Source: an uncultured virus (IMG/VR IMGVR_UViG_3300031707_000002) (lineage: Duplodnaviria; Heunggongvirae; Uroviricota; Caudoviricetes). From it: a stretch of DNA of 64,000 nt. The DNA lies in IMG/VR virus record IMGVR_UViG_3300031707_000002; one strand, written 5' to 3'. A model generated the notes under the pieces. It made no database searches. It was not told the DNA's origin and was given only the letters and a program-made list of their open reading frames with translations. Shown one piece after another: positions 1 through 10,423 of this stretch. Made by a program: the position numbers and the translations under genes. The stretch's first letter is position 1; each line of letters opens with the position of its first letter.

Positions 1-1667
1 GCAATCCACGCCCCATTAGGAACATCATAGTCTGACGGATAAGCACCATCACCCATACCAAGGAACATCCCCTTAGTAGGATCGGTGTACTGGAAAGCCA
101 TGACAGGAAGGCTCTCACCTTCATAGTCAACTACTTCACCAGAGTCAACTCCCATACGCTGAATTCCAGCAGAACCTTCGTCAATCTGCTCAGAAATTCC
201 AGACTTCTCCATCTTTTTCAAACAATTCGGACAAGTGACATTATCCAATGTAAGTGTAATCCCATCCTTTTCGGAGTCTCCCCCACAATAAGCGTCCAAA
301 GAAACTACTTTCGGAACCTTACCTTTTTTATAATTTTGGGCAAGATGAACTACCTGTTTAGCCTCATCAATAGGATAAACAATCTCATCTAACTCCTCAA
401 CAACCTCATCATCCTCAATTGCCTGTGTCAGTTCCTCGTAGGAAATCTCAGAATTCAAAAAACTTTCCACAGTCTTCTTGCTGACCTTACCCTGAAGCAG
501 ATCCTTAACATCCCCCTGATCGCCCTTCTCAATATCCTTGAAGAACAGCTTATCAGCCGGAAGGTAATCGTCGTGATGGTCAATAGGATTCTTTTTTGAA
601 ATTGTTGGCTCATGGGGGAACGAACCCGACGCTGCACCACCAGCCGAAACAGAGGTATCATTCCAGCCCTCAGCTACCGTGTCCTCATCTCCCTCATCCT
701 CACCCGCCATCGCATCCTTTTTCTTGTTCTTCTTAGGCAAGTAATCATCCTTATGGTCTATCGGATTCTTTTTTGAAATTGTCGGCTCATGGGGGAACGA
801 TCCGGCAGCAGCACCACCAGCCGAAACAGACGTGTCATTATACGCAGACTCCCCAACTGTCTGCTCGTCCTTCTTCGCCTTCCGCTTCCCCTTGGGCTTA
901 CTGCGAAGTTTACGAAGCCGTCCAAAAATCATCGACTTTGCTTCAGGCTCGTCTACATTGTATTCTTTTTCTGCCTTCTTCACTGCCTTTTGCAAAATTG
1001 CCTTCGCGGAACCCTTGCCCTTTGCTGCTTCCTCAAGGTCATCAAAATCAATGTCCTCAAACTCCTCAACACTCTCAAGACCAAACTCAGGAGCTATCTC
1101 ACGATCAATCAAATCATCAATACTGGACTCCCTTACAACACTCTCAGACATAGGTGACAGAAAACGTCGAAGAATACCAAGTGCCGTGTTGGTATCACCA
1201 GACTGCTCCCGCGTCAGGTCAACAGCACGACGAACCATGCTCTCGACCTTTTCATACGAAAGGTTATTCCCAAACACCCTCTTACCCTGCTCAGTAGCAT
1301 AACGGATCAAAGAGGTCTTATCAATCTTATGCTCTGCCCGTGCTTCTAACATATCATACCCCTTTGACTTGTATCCTGTCGCCTGATTGAAGTCATGGAA
1401 ATCAACATTACCACCACCGGCCATACTCAACATCAAGTTGGCCGCACCAGAGTAATCTTTCTTTGCAATTTTCTCACTAACCAAATCCCGGTCAGGAAGA
1501 CCAGCATTGTAGTACATCCCAAAGGCTTTTTCAATCATGTCCTTATGGTCATCAATATTGCCCGTCCAATTCCTTACAAATCCCAACTTGTCCTTCACAA
1601 ACTCGTACACCTGTGTAGGTGATACTTCGTTTACAGCATTAAACATGTCTTTCTGAGAGAATCGCAT
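1..1667 (-). CDS. Large acidic modular protein, truncated at window edge; probable head-internal protein
   Basis: Not in the ORF track (no stop in window). Hand translation from ATG at 1667 (AGGAG upstream) appears open to position 3: MRFSQKDMFNAVNEVSP...DYDVPNGAWI. Contains a duplicated ~34-aa block and a CxxC. Confidence 0.8.
   Translation of the reverse strand, partial: MRFSQKDMFNAVNEVSPTQVYEFVKDKLGFVRNWTGNIDDHKDMIEKAFGMYYNAGLPDRDLVSEKIAKKDYSGAANLMLSMAGGGNVDFHDFNQATGYKSKGYDMLEARAEHKIDKTSLIRYATEQGKRVFGNNLSYEKVESMVRRAVDLTREQSGDTNTALGILRRFLSPMSESVVRESSIDDLIDREIAPEFGLESVEEFEDIDFDDLEEAAKGKGSAKAILQKAVKKAEKEYNVDEPEAKSMIFGRLRKLRSKPKGKRKAKKDEQTVGESAYNDTSVSAGGAAAGSFPHEPTISKKNPIDHKDDYLPKKNKKKDAMAGEDEGDEDTVAEGWNDTSVSAGGAASGSFPHEPTISKKNPIDHHDDYLPADKLFFKDIEKGDQGDVKDLLQGKVSKKTVESFLNSEISYEELTQAIEDDEVVEELDEIVYPIDEAKQVVHLAQNYKKGKVPKVVSLDAYCGGDSEKDGITLTLDNVTCPNCLKKMEKSGISEQIDEGSAGIQRMGVDSGEVVDYEGESLPVMAFQYTDPTKGMFLGMGDGAYPSDYDVPNGAWI
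561..840 (-). repeat. Two diverged ~100-bp copies encoding NDTSVSAGGAAxGSFPHEPTISKKNPIDHxDDYLP
   Basis: Copies at about 561-662 and 738-840, differing mostly at synonymous positions. Confidence 0.85.
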
Positions 1668-1724
1668 AAATCATGCTCCTATTAAGTGTCTACACCCGCT
1701 ACTAATGAGTATATCTACAAACCA

Positions 1725-2297
1725 CTATGATCCGGGTTGTTTGGATTTCGCCGTGACAGAAGAATACAGAAAATAGTCTGTATTAAACCAACGCCCTGTC
1801 AACTCGTATGTCTCTACTTCGTAAATATTATCTCTCCAAACAAACCTATCTTGTGGCTTTATCTTCAATCGGTACATCTCAAACTGATAATTCAAAAACA
1901 CAAATCTTGGAGCATGTACATCATCAATCCCCTGCTTTACAAGATTCTTCTCTGACTTCTCCCAAACAAGATTTACATTCACATCACAAGGAGAAGCAAA
2001 CTTATCGTATTTAGTAGAGTCTATTGCAGGATTAGCATGTGGTTGTTCAAAACCACCTGCTAACTCTACCGGAACTGTCTCACCCCACAAATCATCAACA
2101 ATAGACTTTGTAGTATCTGTTGTTATCTCACCTGATGCTGCTTGCTGTGGTAAAAGAAACGAAAGATACTTTACTTCTGGAAACCTTCTCTTATACTTCT
2201 CAAGAGCCATCCTCTTATAAGCAATTAGATCCTGAGTCTCTTTCTTAGCGAGTTGTGTGGTAAAATCATAATGAGTATCGGGATTGATAATGGGCAT
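1725..2297 (-). CDS. Putative neck/head-closure protein (T4 gp14-like position)
   Basis: 190 aa, directly downstream of the gp13-like gene; beta-rich C-terminus (KIKPQDRFVWRDNIYEV) typical of head-closure proteins. Confidence 0.5.
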   Translation of the reverse strand: MPIINPDTHYDFTTQLAKKETQDLIAYKRMALEKYKRRFPEVKYLSFLLPQQAASGEITTDTTKSIVDDLWGETVPVELAGGFEQPHANPAIDSTKYDKFASPCDVNVNLVWEKSEKNLVKQGIDDVHAPRFVFLNYQFEMYRLKIKPQDRFVWRDNIYEVETYELTGRWFNTDYFLYSSVTAKSKQPGS

Positions 2298-2306
2298 TAC
2301 CTACCT

Positions 2307-3017
2307 CTACAAGGATTCTACAAGCTGCAAAGAGCCTAACTGGTCCATAAGGTCAGAAAGCATAGTCTGGACAGTACCTATCATCTCATCCGCATCTGTC
2401 TCCATGTTAATATCCCCACCCTTGAACTTACCACGAATCCTCGCGGCTGCTTCCATCGACTTTGCAAGAGAAAAATCCAATACCCAAGTAATTGCCTTGT
2501 CCCAACTCATATCCTCAATCACATTTACTTTTGGAGAATAGAAAACAGTTACTCTATTTTCATAAAAATACCCAGAAACAAGAACACGGTCTTTTAGGTC
2601 TACCCACCGGATCTTATTTCCAACAAACGTACTCAACTGACTCTGAAACCCCTGATAATATGCGGCATGAGCAATGTCTGCTGTATACACCATCCTACTC
2701 TGTAAACCATAAAGGTTTGAATCTATATCAGCAGCACCAGCAGACTCTTGTTGTGTATTGTAAATATCATGTATCGTATCTACTGGTTTTGATAAAGCAG
2801 ATTTCAAAAAGAAAACACTGTTTCCTGCTGCATCTGTCTTACTGGTTCCCATAACAGGGATAGTCTCGTACACTCTTGGCTCGTGATACCAAGGTGTAAC
2901 ACGACGCACAGCCTCACGAATAAATGTAGTGATAGCGGTATCTTCTACCTCTAAGTCAACTACATTATCACCCGTAAGAGTGTGCTTAATCCACGTTACT
3001 GCATCTGCTTCAGTCAC
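2307..3017 (-). CDS. Putative neck/adaptor protein (T4 gp13-like)
   Basis: 236 aa after the capsid gene. N-terminal 'WIKHTLTGDNVVDLEVED' and C-terminal 'FSLAKSMEAAARIRGKF...INMETD' resemble the gp13 family layout. Confidence 0.6.
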   Translation of the reverse strand: MTEADAVTWIKHTLTGDNVVDLEVEDTAITTFIREAVRRVTPWYHEPRVYETIPVMGTSKTDAAGNSVFFLKSALSKPVDTIHDIYNTQQESAGAADIDSNLYGLQSRMVYTADIAHAAYYQGFQSQLSTFVGNKIRWVDLKDRVLVSGYFYENRVTVFYSPKVNVIEDMSWDKAITWVLDFSLAKSMEAAARIRGKFKGGDINMETDADEMIGTVQTMLSDLMDQLGSLQLVESL

Positions 3018-3388
3018 AAATCACTCTTTCTCTTTCGACCAAATGACCTAAGATCGTTCGGTATCTTTGCACTCTTTTCTTTCTCTGGTTTCACAGGGGC
3101 AGACTCTACTGCTGTAATTGATGAAGAGTCAGACATAGGAACAGAATCTATCATAGAAATATTTTCTGAAACTCCTGCTGACAAACTCTCACCACCAACT
3201 ACAGGTGACTCAACTACTGGAGAATCAATACTAAACTCCTCAATCAACATTGGAATGTTTTTGAGAAGTTCCATCTCTGATTTTGAAATGGTATCAATCT
3301 CAACAGGAAGAAATGGCTTAAAATAAACTTCCTTTTTGTTGACCATGATAACCAAAGAATTCTTACCAGTGTTGGTCACGAGATACAT
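3014..3388 (-). CDS. Hypothetical protein downstream of major capsid gene
   Basis: 124-aa ORF, RBS-like AAGG, overlaps the next start. Confidence 0.6.
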   Translation of the reverse strand: MYLVTNTGKNSLVIMVNKKEVYFKPFLPVEIDTISKSEMELLKNIPMLIEEFSIDSPVVESPVVGGESLSAGVSENISMIDSVPMSDSSSITAVESAPVKPEKEKSAKIPNDLRSFGRKRKSDL

Positions 3389-3411
3389 AATTTTACCTTT
3401 CTTAGAGTGTC

Positions 3412-3445
3412 AAAAGAAAAGGTGCGGGGAGATCCCCCGCACCTT
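3412..3445 (-). terminator. Rho-independent terminator after major capsid gene
   Basis: AAGGTGCGGGG/CCCCGCACCTT stem followed by a T-rich tract on the minus strand. Confidence 0.85.
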
Positions 3446-3482
3446 CCCCTAAGTAAACCAATAGACGTTTCAATCTCCCCCA

Positions 3483-4916
3483 CTACGAAATAGTGACAGG
3501 AGCGAAGAACTTCGAGTTCACGAACTTACGCCCGTAACTCTGCACCATACCGAACCGACCAACCATATCATCAAGAACGATGGTACGGGTAGTGTACAAC
3601 GGGAGGTACGGTGCCCACACGTATCCAGCCTCCAAGAACATATTGCCCTTATAACCGAGCAAATATTTCAGGGAATTGTAGTACGGGTTCTTGTAAACAC
3701 GGAAATCACCAAGAGTACCAAGATAATGCGGTCCCGGCTGAATCGTTCCTTCCCTCTTAAACAGAGGAGCAAGAGCCTCAACAACCGAAGACACATCCGT
3801 ACCAACTGCCATAAAGTTACCAACCGCACGACGAGTCGCTTGGAAGATCGCATTCGACGTAGGCAGAACGCTCTTATCATAGAACGCCCACTTGTGCTCA
3901 CTCCAAGGAACTCCCGTATCAGGGGTACGGTTGAAGGTATAACCCGTAGCAGTACCACCGGCCATAAGCTCACTCAGAATACGTCCGTCTGTCTCCTGAC
4001 GAACTTCCGCAGCAAGTGAAGCCTTCAGTTCGGTGTCAACCGAACGACCAAACGCCTGCTCCACATCCCACGCCGCATCCAGAGTATACCGAGCACGGCA
4101 CTTCTGGTTTTCAGCAGTGACAGGAATTGACGTGATGGAAATGTCAACTTCAGGAATAAGCTCTGAGTTTGTCTCAAAGTTATTGTCGTACACTGCTGAA
4201 ACCACCTCACCAGCAGCTACGTTAAACCCAAAAGTTACATCCACAACACCAGTAGTCAGAACAACACTTGACGGTGCGCCAATGTCACCAATCAAATTAC
4301 CAGTACCATCATCATGCACTGTCATAACAACACCACCAGCCTTCTTAGCGGTTATGACAAGAGTACCAGCAACAAGAGGATGAGCATTCAGAGGAGCAAT
4401 CGCAACTCCACCAGCACCATAATGGGCGTGAGCACCGTCACCAGTAGAAAGAGTCTGCACAATCTCTTTTTCATGGGTGTAGCTGATACCAGCACCGGCC
4501 TGTGCCGAACCTGCCACATCGTAAGCAAACATCTTCGTACCGGCAGCAATATCACCACGAGTCGTACCATACAGGAATTCAAGGAAGAAAATTTCTCCCT
4601 GTCGGCGTGTCATCGGCTGCACAGAAACAATCTCATTCGCAATCAGTGAAGGAAGAACAGCCGCAATCAACTCAAACCCATGCTTGATAAAAGAACCAAC
4701 ATTCACTGCCGCCGTTGTCTCGTCCATACGCTTGAAGAAACGATCAGTGTTTTCCAAGCAGATAGCCGTAGTAGCAAGCGTCAACTCACTAACTTCCGGC
4801 TTACCACGCTTCACACCCTCAAGGATGTCTGACCACTTTGACATAGCATAGTCAGCCATACCAAAAAGAGCGTCCTTCGCTTCGTTAAGAGCAACTTCAT
4901 TCAGAGCCTTCGCCAT
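3483..4916 (-). CDS. Major capsid protein, T4 gp23-like
   Basis: Motifs 'LIANEIVSVQPMT..QGEIFFL', 'RARYTLDAAWD', 'LLGYKG..FLEAGYVWAPYLPL' match the gp23 family; follows the protease gene. Confidence 0.95.
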   Translation of the reverse strand: MAKALNEVALNEAKDALFGMADYAMSKWSDILEGVKRGKPEVSELTLATTAICLENTDRFFKRMDETTAAVNVGSFIKHGFELIAAVLPSLIANEIVSVQPMTRRQGEIFFLEFLYGTTRGDIAAGTKMFAYDVAGSAQAGAGISYTHEKEIVQTLSTGDGAHAHYGAGGVAIAPLNAHPLVAGTLVITAKKAGGVVMTVHDDGTGNLIGDIGAPSSVVLTTGVVDVTFGFNVAAGEVVSAVYDNNFETNSELIPEVDISITSIPVTAENQKCRARYTLDAAWDVEQAFGRSVDTELKASLAAEVRQETDGRILSELMAGGTATGYTFNRTPDTGVPWSEHKWAFYDKSVLPTSNAIFQATRRAVGNFMAVGTDVSSVVEALAPLFKREGTIQPGPHYLGTLGDFRVYKNPYYNSLKYLLGYKGNMFLEAGYVWAPYLPLYTTRTIVLDDMVGRFGMVQSYGRKFVNSKFFAPVTIS

Positions 4917-4931
4917 GATACAACTCCCCGG

Positions 4932-6440
4932 TTAGATTTTTCGGATAAGATCACAAACAGCATCAGCCTGAGACGTTCTTTTAGCTGATTCCAAACCCTC
5001 ACTCATAACCCGAAGACCACCAACAACTGAATCCAAAGAATTTTCAAAAAGTCGTGGTCTTACTGCCTTCTGCACAAGAGGCTTTGATTCAACTTGGGGA
5101 ACAACTTCTTGAATCTTATTTTCCTCTTCGTCAAGAAGAAGCTCTTCCTCGTCTGCTGACTCCTCAGTCTCTTGAATAACCAAGTTAAGCCTAGAATACA
5201 AAGAAGCCTTTTCAGAGATGAGTTTTCGTCTCTCAACCCTAAGAGCTTCGTTACTTTTCTTCAGTTCTTCAATCTTCTTACTGAGAAGATCACCTGATTC
5301 CGTCAAAGAGGAAACTTTTCTTCCATATTGTAGAAGTTTTGCATAGAGATCCTGAAATTTATCTTCTGATACCTTGTCAACATGAGATTCAATTACCACT
5401 TGCGATTTCTTCGCTTTGGCAAGATTGATAGCCTCTTGGTAATTAGCCAAAAGAATATCATTTTCAAGTTTGACGGTATCATACAAATTCTCAAGACCCT
5501 GCATTTCCTTTTGAGAAGACTCAGGTTCCTTGGAAGCACCAACAGAAACATCAACAGACTCAACCAAAACCGATATTTTCTCTTTTAACTCTTTAACCTG
5601 AAAAACAGACTCACGTAACATAGAATCCTTAGAAATTAAAGACTCCCTAAGAGATTTCACATTCTTTCTAAGAACTTCAACCTCCTTCTTCAATTCCTCA
5701 ACTACAAGTTTATCTTTGTCAGAAGTCGTTATTTTCTTATCAGAATCCTCATTCAGTGTCGCCTTCGGCTGCTTAACTCTCTCCAAAATCAAATTACTGT
5801 TACATCCAAGTTTCTCTAAAATACCCTTGAAATATGCTGGATCTTCCTGAAAAGAATCAGGGGAAGACTCACAAATAATCTTCTCTATCTGTTCCCTTAC
5901 CGGCTTAGGATATGCGTTTTGGGCAGACGGCTCGAAAACAAAATCAAACCCACCCCACTTATACCCCTTCTCTGAAACAAAATTCTTACCTTCTTTTGCA
6001 ATTGTATTACCACCACCACGAGTAGATGCACCTAACTTCACATTTGCCTTGAATAAAGTAGAAACAATTCTACCCATCGGAGTATCAAGAACCTCCGACT
6101 CAGCCATCAATGCCTTCTTATCCTTCTCCACCCATGCCTTTGTCATTACATGGGAAACAGTAGACAACGGAGGAACAAACTTATCTGTAGGATGGTCAGC
6201 AGCACCAACTAATGCACGCTCTTTTATAGCTTCCTGAATATCATCACGACCTAATACCTTATCCCAAAACTCGTTAGTATAGACACGACCATTCCTATTT
6301 TCAGTCTCCGTGATACCGATTGGACCACGGACCTTCATAATCACACCGGGACGAAGACTCTCCTTCTCCGTAACTAACTCAAAAGATTGAGAGTCTGTCT
6401 CAGGATAATAATCATCTATCAGGATATTTTCGTTTTCCAT
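4932..6440 (-). CDS. Prohead protease (T4 gp21-like) fused to a coiled-coil scaffold region
   Basis: 'ENRNGRVY', 'DHP', 'VSH', 'LDTPMGRIV', 'GASTRGGG', 'FDFVFEPS..NAYP' motifs; C-terminal half is E/K-rich and coiled-coil-like. Confidence 0.9.
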   Translation of the reverse strand: MENENILIDDYYPETDSQSFELVTEKESLRPGVIMKVRGPIGITETENRNGRVYTNEFWDKVLGRDDIQEAIKERALVGAADHPTDKFVPPLSTVSHVMTKAWVEKDKKALMAESEVLDTPMGRIVSTLFKANVKLGASTRGGGNTIAKEGKNFVSEKGYKWGGFDFVFEPSAQNAYPKPVREQIEKIICESSPDSFQEDPAYFKGILEKLGCNSNLILERVKQPKATLNEDSDKKITTSDKDKLVVEELKKEVEVLRKNVKSLRESLISKDSMLRESVFQVKELKEKISVLVESVDVSVGASKEPESSQKEMQGLENLYDTVKLENDILLANYQEAINLAKAKKSQVVIESHVDKVSEDKFQDLYAKLLQYGRKVSSLTESGDLLSKKIEELKKSNEALRVERRKLISEKASLYSRLNLVIQETEESADEEELLLDEEENKIQEVVPQVESKPLVQKAVRPRLFENSLDSVVGGLRVMSEGLESAKRTSQADAVCDLIRKI

Positions 6441-6480
6441 TTACCATCCCTCATTACTCTAAGTTTATCACGGAAAGACA

Positions 6481-9400
6481 TCAAGGAGCAACGTCACCTA
6501 TTGGATATATGACAAGCCTCTGTTTTGCTAAAGGATCAATATGAAGGATTATCTGTATTCCGGCCATAGTCGTTTTTGGAACAACCCAAACAGTTCTTTG
6601 CTTTATTCGGGATGTCCAAACAGCAGGAAACTTAGGGTGAATTTCCTTGTTAACCACATCCGTAAATTCTCCATCTGTAAGCTGAATAATCATATCGGGG
6701 TTATGACACTTTGCAATTGCATCCATAAAGTTATGTGAAAAATATGTCAAATCACCCTTAAAAGAATTACCTAACATAGCCTTCAGATGACTTGAGTTAA
6801 AGCTGGCATATCTAACATATTGGTTAGTTTTACGACTCCCCCAATACATTACATGAACAACAGTATTTCCCAAAATATCCCGATAAGTGTCAAAGAAATC
6901 TTTAAGAGCCATCAATGCGGGCTTATATTTCTGCATTGACTCAAAAGACTGTGACCTATCACACATAATAAGAATACTATCAATAGCAGGAACCTCAATG
7001 TCTCTACCTGTCCACCCCTCAATCCTTCTTGATGGAGCATTAGGATCACGGCCTTCACCAACCCCAAGTATATTTGCCATAATCTTCTGCATTATTGTAC
7101 GCCATCTACGAGCAGACCCCAAACTCTTAACAGCGGAAATCTTGGAAATATCAAGCACACCTTTACCAAACTCAGCATCAATAGCTGCCTGAAGATCAGG
7201 GTCATCACCGGCAAAGTCTTTTCCAACAAGAGACTTTAGATCCCTTGCGGTTTTATTAACAGCGTCTCCAAGAAGTTTGTCAAGTGCAGCATCCATCTTG
7301 GAAAGTCCGGGCTTAACCTCACCATTCACAGAGTCATAAGGGTCAATATTAGAAATAATACCATTATCCTTGTCCTCTTTATCCTGCTTTTCATTCTCTT
7401 TGTCTGTCTTCTCTGCATCAGCTAAAACATCATCAAATTCCTTCTCAATATCGGATCTATCATCTGCTGGTTTTTCACCAGACTTTTCACCTTTTTTACC
7501 CTTCTTACCAGGCTCTCCCTTTGCACCCTTGTCATCGCCACTGTCATCACCCGAATCCCCGCTATCGTCCCCCGAATCATCCCCCTTTTTGCCTTTTTTA
7601 CCACCCGCATCATCCCCTGAATCATCTCCAGAATCATCCCCCTCGTCATCACCAGGCTCACCACTATCATCACCCTTCTTACCCTTTTTACCTTTCTTAC
7701 CCCCCTCATCGTCTCCCGAATCGTCTCCCGAATCGTCTCCCGAATCGTCTCCCGAATCATCTCCCGAATCATCTCCCGAATCATCTCCCGAATCATCTCC
7801 CGAATCATCTCCCGGTTCGCCCTTCTTTCCTTTCTTACCTTTCTTACCACCCGGATCATCCTCATCCCCACTTAAAGGCTCTATATCATCCTCAGTAACA
7901 TCATAAGTATCATTGGCAGACTCTATCTTGGATGAAAATACTTTTCCAAGGTCTATCTTGGTTTTACTTAACTTAGACTTGATTACCTTTCCGACAACTT
8001 CAGGTAATACTGTTATGGTGATCTTTCTTTTCCCATTCTTATCAACATCCCCTACCTTTACAATCTGAGCAACCTCTCCGGTCGCCTTAACAGTACAAGA
8101 GTCACCAACTGACCACCCACCCTCACTATCCCCCTCATCATCCCCTTTATCGTCACCCTTCTTTCCCTTTTTACCTTTCTCGTCACCATCGTCATCACCC
8201 TTCTCATCGCCCTTTTCATCCCCCTCATCATCCCCCTTTTCTCCACCTTTCTTACCCTTTTTACCTTTCTCATCCCCCTCATCATCCCCCGAATCATCTC
8301 CCTCATCATCCCCCGAATCATCTCCCGAATCATCCCCCGAATCATCCCCTCCGGGCTGTGACTTACCCTCATCATCGCCTTCGTCATCACCCTCATCATC
8401 CCCAGAATCATCCCCTCCGGGCTGTGGCTCTCCTCCGGGCTGTGGCTCTCCTCCAGGCTGTGGCTCTCCTCCGGGCTGTTCTGGTTCCTCTGACGGCTCC
8501 GGCTCTTTAGAAGGTTCACTAACTGTCCCATGAACAATCAGATCATCAATATCAAATTCCTTCATTGATAGAAACTTATCAGGAATAACACCTTTACCAG
8601 TAAGAATATCTGCTAAATCACGCTTATCAACAATTCCAACTCCTGCCTTATTTGTATCTGGAGAAACAGAGTTTACAACCCCCCACTCTCCGGTAGATTT
8701 ACTTTCAACAATATCCCCAACACGAACTCTCGGCCTCTCCTTCTGTTGTTTTGGATCTTTCCTAACAGGATTCTTCTTTGCTTGTGCCTTTGTCTTGTCA
8801 GTATTAAACAATCTAAAGTGGAAGTAATCTTTCAATATTCCATAGAGTTGCATAATCTGGGCCGTAGAAACATTTTCCATACCATCCTGAATAACTGCTG
8901 GATTCATACTTAACACAATAGGATACTTCTCTTTATCTTTAATCTTACCAAAGAAACTACTAATTTCAGAGGTAGAGGCTTTAGTGGTCGTAATATAACC
9001 AATTTTTCCTATATCAACCATCTTTGCAGATCCAAAAGCAGTTAGCTTAGAACCCTCAACAACAGCATGGGATACTAACAACCTTCCCATTCCGTTTATA
9101 GGCAAAAGATCCCTGTCCGGTCCTAATTCATCCTCATAACGTTTCGGATGTTTCCCCGGAACTTTTCTTGTTAAGTTGTAGTTAATGATACAATCTGCCC
9201 AAATATTATTCTCACCAAAATTGAAACCCTGAACCACATTAAATCCACGCTTATGAGCATGTAAATTATTAACGTGGTCCACCTCATGCCTCAAAGCATA
9301 CGCAACAATATGAGCTATTTTTGAAGACATGTCAAGTTTGCCTTCTTGTCCCATGTCCATTCGCGTACTTGTAGTACCCGTAGAACCCATCACCAAATAC

Positions 9401-9954
9401 TGAGCAACAAACTTAACAAGAAACTCTCGGTTAATTGAAAGTGTAAAAGCCTCTAAAATCTCATTATACCCAACACCAAGAGTAAGAACCTTGGGATTAT
9501 CATACACCTTCTTCATAGTCTGGTATACGTTACTATATGTATGAGTAGTAGCAAGAACCTTCTCACCAGCAGCTAAAAGCTCAGAAGAAAGACTATCAAT
9601 ATTGATTTTGCTTGATCTAAGAGCATCTGCAAAATTAGTATCAAACTTCTGTACCATCCCTTGATACTTCTTTGTCACCTCAAAAAACTTCTTCGTATCA
9701 CAAAAACCATAAGAAATAGCTCTTCCGTGCTGTGGAAAAGTCAAAGTTAAACCAGTAGGAATCCCTCTAACAGCTACAATAGCCTGATAATTTATAGCAT
9801 TCAACTCTTCATAGGTAAGATAAGTTTCTTCAGTCGCCCTACTCGAACTATCTATATACCACTGTATAAATTTAGCATAATCATCAATAGTATTTATAGG
9901 CTCAGAATAAACACCCTTAACAACAACACCAGATTGTTCGTATAACTTACGCAT
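6481..9954 (-). CDS. HExxH metallopeptidase-like plus VWA domain protein with long D/G/K low-complexity linker (DUF2201-like)
   Basis: 'LRHEVDH...N.WAD', MIDAS-like 'DRSQS' and 'LTDG'; two SH3/KOW-like segments (VRVGDIVESKSTGEWGVV, WSVGDSCTVKATGEVAQIV). Confidence 0.8.
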   Translation of the reverse strand: MRKLYEQSGVVVKGVYSEPINTIDDYAKFIQWYIDSSSRATEETYLTYEELNAINYQAIVAVRGIPTGLTLTFPQHGRAISYGFCDTKKFFEVTKKYQGMVQKFDTNFADALRSSKINIDSLSSELLAAGEKVLATTHTYSNVYQTMKKVYDNPKVLTLGVGYNEILEAFTLSINREFLVKFVAQYLVMGSTGTTSTRMDMGQEGKLDMSSKIAHIVAYALRHEVDHVNNLHAHKRGFNVVQGFNFGENNIWADCIINYNLTRKVPGKHPKRYEDELGPDRDLLPINGMGRLLVSHAVVEGSKLTAFGSAKMVDIGKIGYITTTKASTSEISSFFGKIKDKEKYPIVLSMNPAVIQDGMENVSTAQIMQLYGILKDYFHFRLFNTDKTKAQAKKNPVRKDPKQQKERPRVRVGDIVESKSTGEWGVVNSVSPDTNKAGVGIVDKRDLADILTGKGVIPDKFLSMKEFDIDDLIVHGTVSEPSKEPEPSEEPEQPGGEPQPGGEPQPGGEPQPGGDDSGDDEGDDEGDDEGKSQPGGDDSGDDSGDDSGDDEGDDSGDDEGDEKGKKGKKGGEKGDDEGDEKGDEKGDDDGDEKGKKGKKGDDKGDDEGDSEGGWSVGDSCTVKATGEVAQIVKVGDVDKNGKRKITITVLPEVVGKVIKSKLSKTKIDLGKVFSSKIESANDTYDVTEDDIEPLSGDEDDPGGKKGKKGKKGEPGDDSGDDSGDDSGDDSGDDSGDDSGDDSGDDSGDDEGGKKGKKGKKGDDSGEPGDDEGDDSGDDSGDDAGGKKGKKGDDSGDDSGDSGDDSGDDKGAKGEPGKKGKKGEKSGEKPADDRSDIEKEFDDVLADAEKTDKENEKQDKEDKDNGIISNIDPYDSVNGEVKPGLSKMDAALDKLLGDAVNKTARDLKSLVGKDFAGDDPDLQAAIDAEFGKGVLDISKISAVKSLGSARRWRTIMQKIMANILGVGEGRDPNAPSRRIEGWTGRDIEVPAIDSILIMCDRSQSFESMQKYKPALMALKDFFDTYRDILGNTVVHVMYWGSRKTNQYVRYASFNSSHLKAMLGNSFKGDLTYFSHNFMDAIAKCHNPDMIIQLTDGEFTDVVNKEIHPKFPAVWTSRIKQRTVWVVPKTTMAGIQIILHIDPLAKQRLVIYPIGDVAP
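7530..8480 (-). repeat. Coding tandem repeats (12-bp DDSG/DDEG units; 18-bp PQPGGE units)
   Basis: TCATCTCCCGAA-type run at about 7706-7812; GGCTGTGGCTCTCCTCC(G/A) units at about 8420-8478. Confidence 0.9.
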
Positions 9955-10423
9955 TACTTAGTGCCCCCATAGAGTCTACGATTTTCATTTTCCGGTCATC
10001 CCGCATAGTGTTCATCAAGTCTTCTACAGTCACAAAATTCCGTGTTACTCCGTCAAAACCTGTATAAACGTAAGTAGTAGCCTTTATATACACCATACTC
10101 AAAAAACCCTTGGAAAATACAAAATGTACAAAAGCCCGAATCTTGTACCTCTGACCCTTTACCCAAACAGTTGAAAGGTATATCAGAATCTCATTCTTCT
10201 GCATAATCATCTTATCTGCATACAAAGACCTGCTTATCTTTTCAAGGGTATTAAAATAAGAAGGATATTCTAACAACCTACAAGAAACAATATCCCCTTC
10301 TCCGGGAAGGTACTCTTGACAAGAAATACCCACTGTATCCATGACATCACTCAGCTTATCTTGAAGTTCGATCATACTACTTTCCCCGTCCAGACTTTTG
10401 TTTGTTATAGGTAAGAACAGCAT
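9947..10423 (-). CDS. Hypothetical protein between AAA+ ATPase and VWA genes
   Basis: ORF coupled to both neighbours; true start may be the downstream Met near 10378. Confidence 0.6.
   Translation of the reverse strand: MLFLPITNKSLDGESSMIELQDKLSDVMDTVGISCQEYLPGEGDIVSCRLLEYPSYFNTLEKISRSLYADKMIMQKNEILIYLSTVWVKGQRYKIRAFVHFVFSKGFLSMVYIKATTYVYTGFDGVTRNFVTVEDLMNTMRDDRKMKIVDSMGALSNA

Noticed and set aside
7422..7871. Alternative-frame ORFs with IREM/PESS/LPNH repeats
   Set aside because: By-products of the 12-bp DDSG repeat in the VWA gene.
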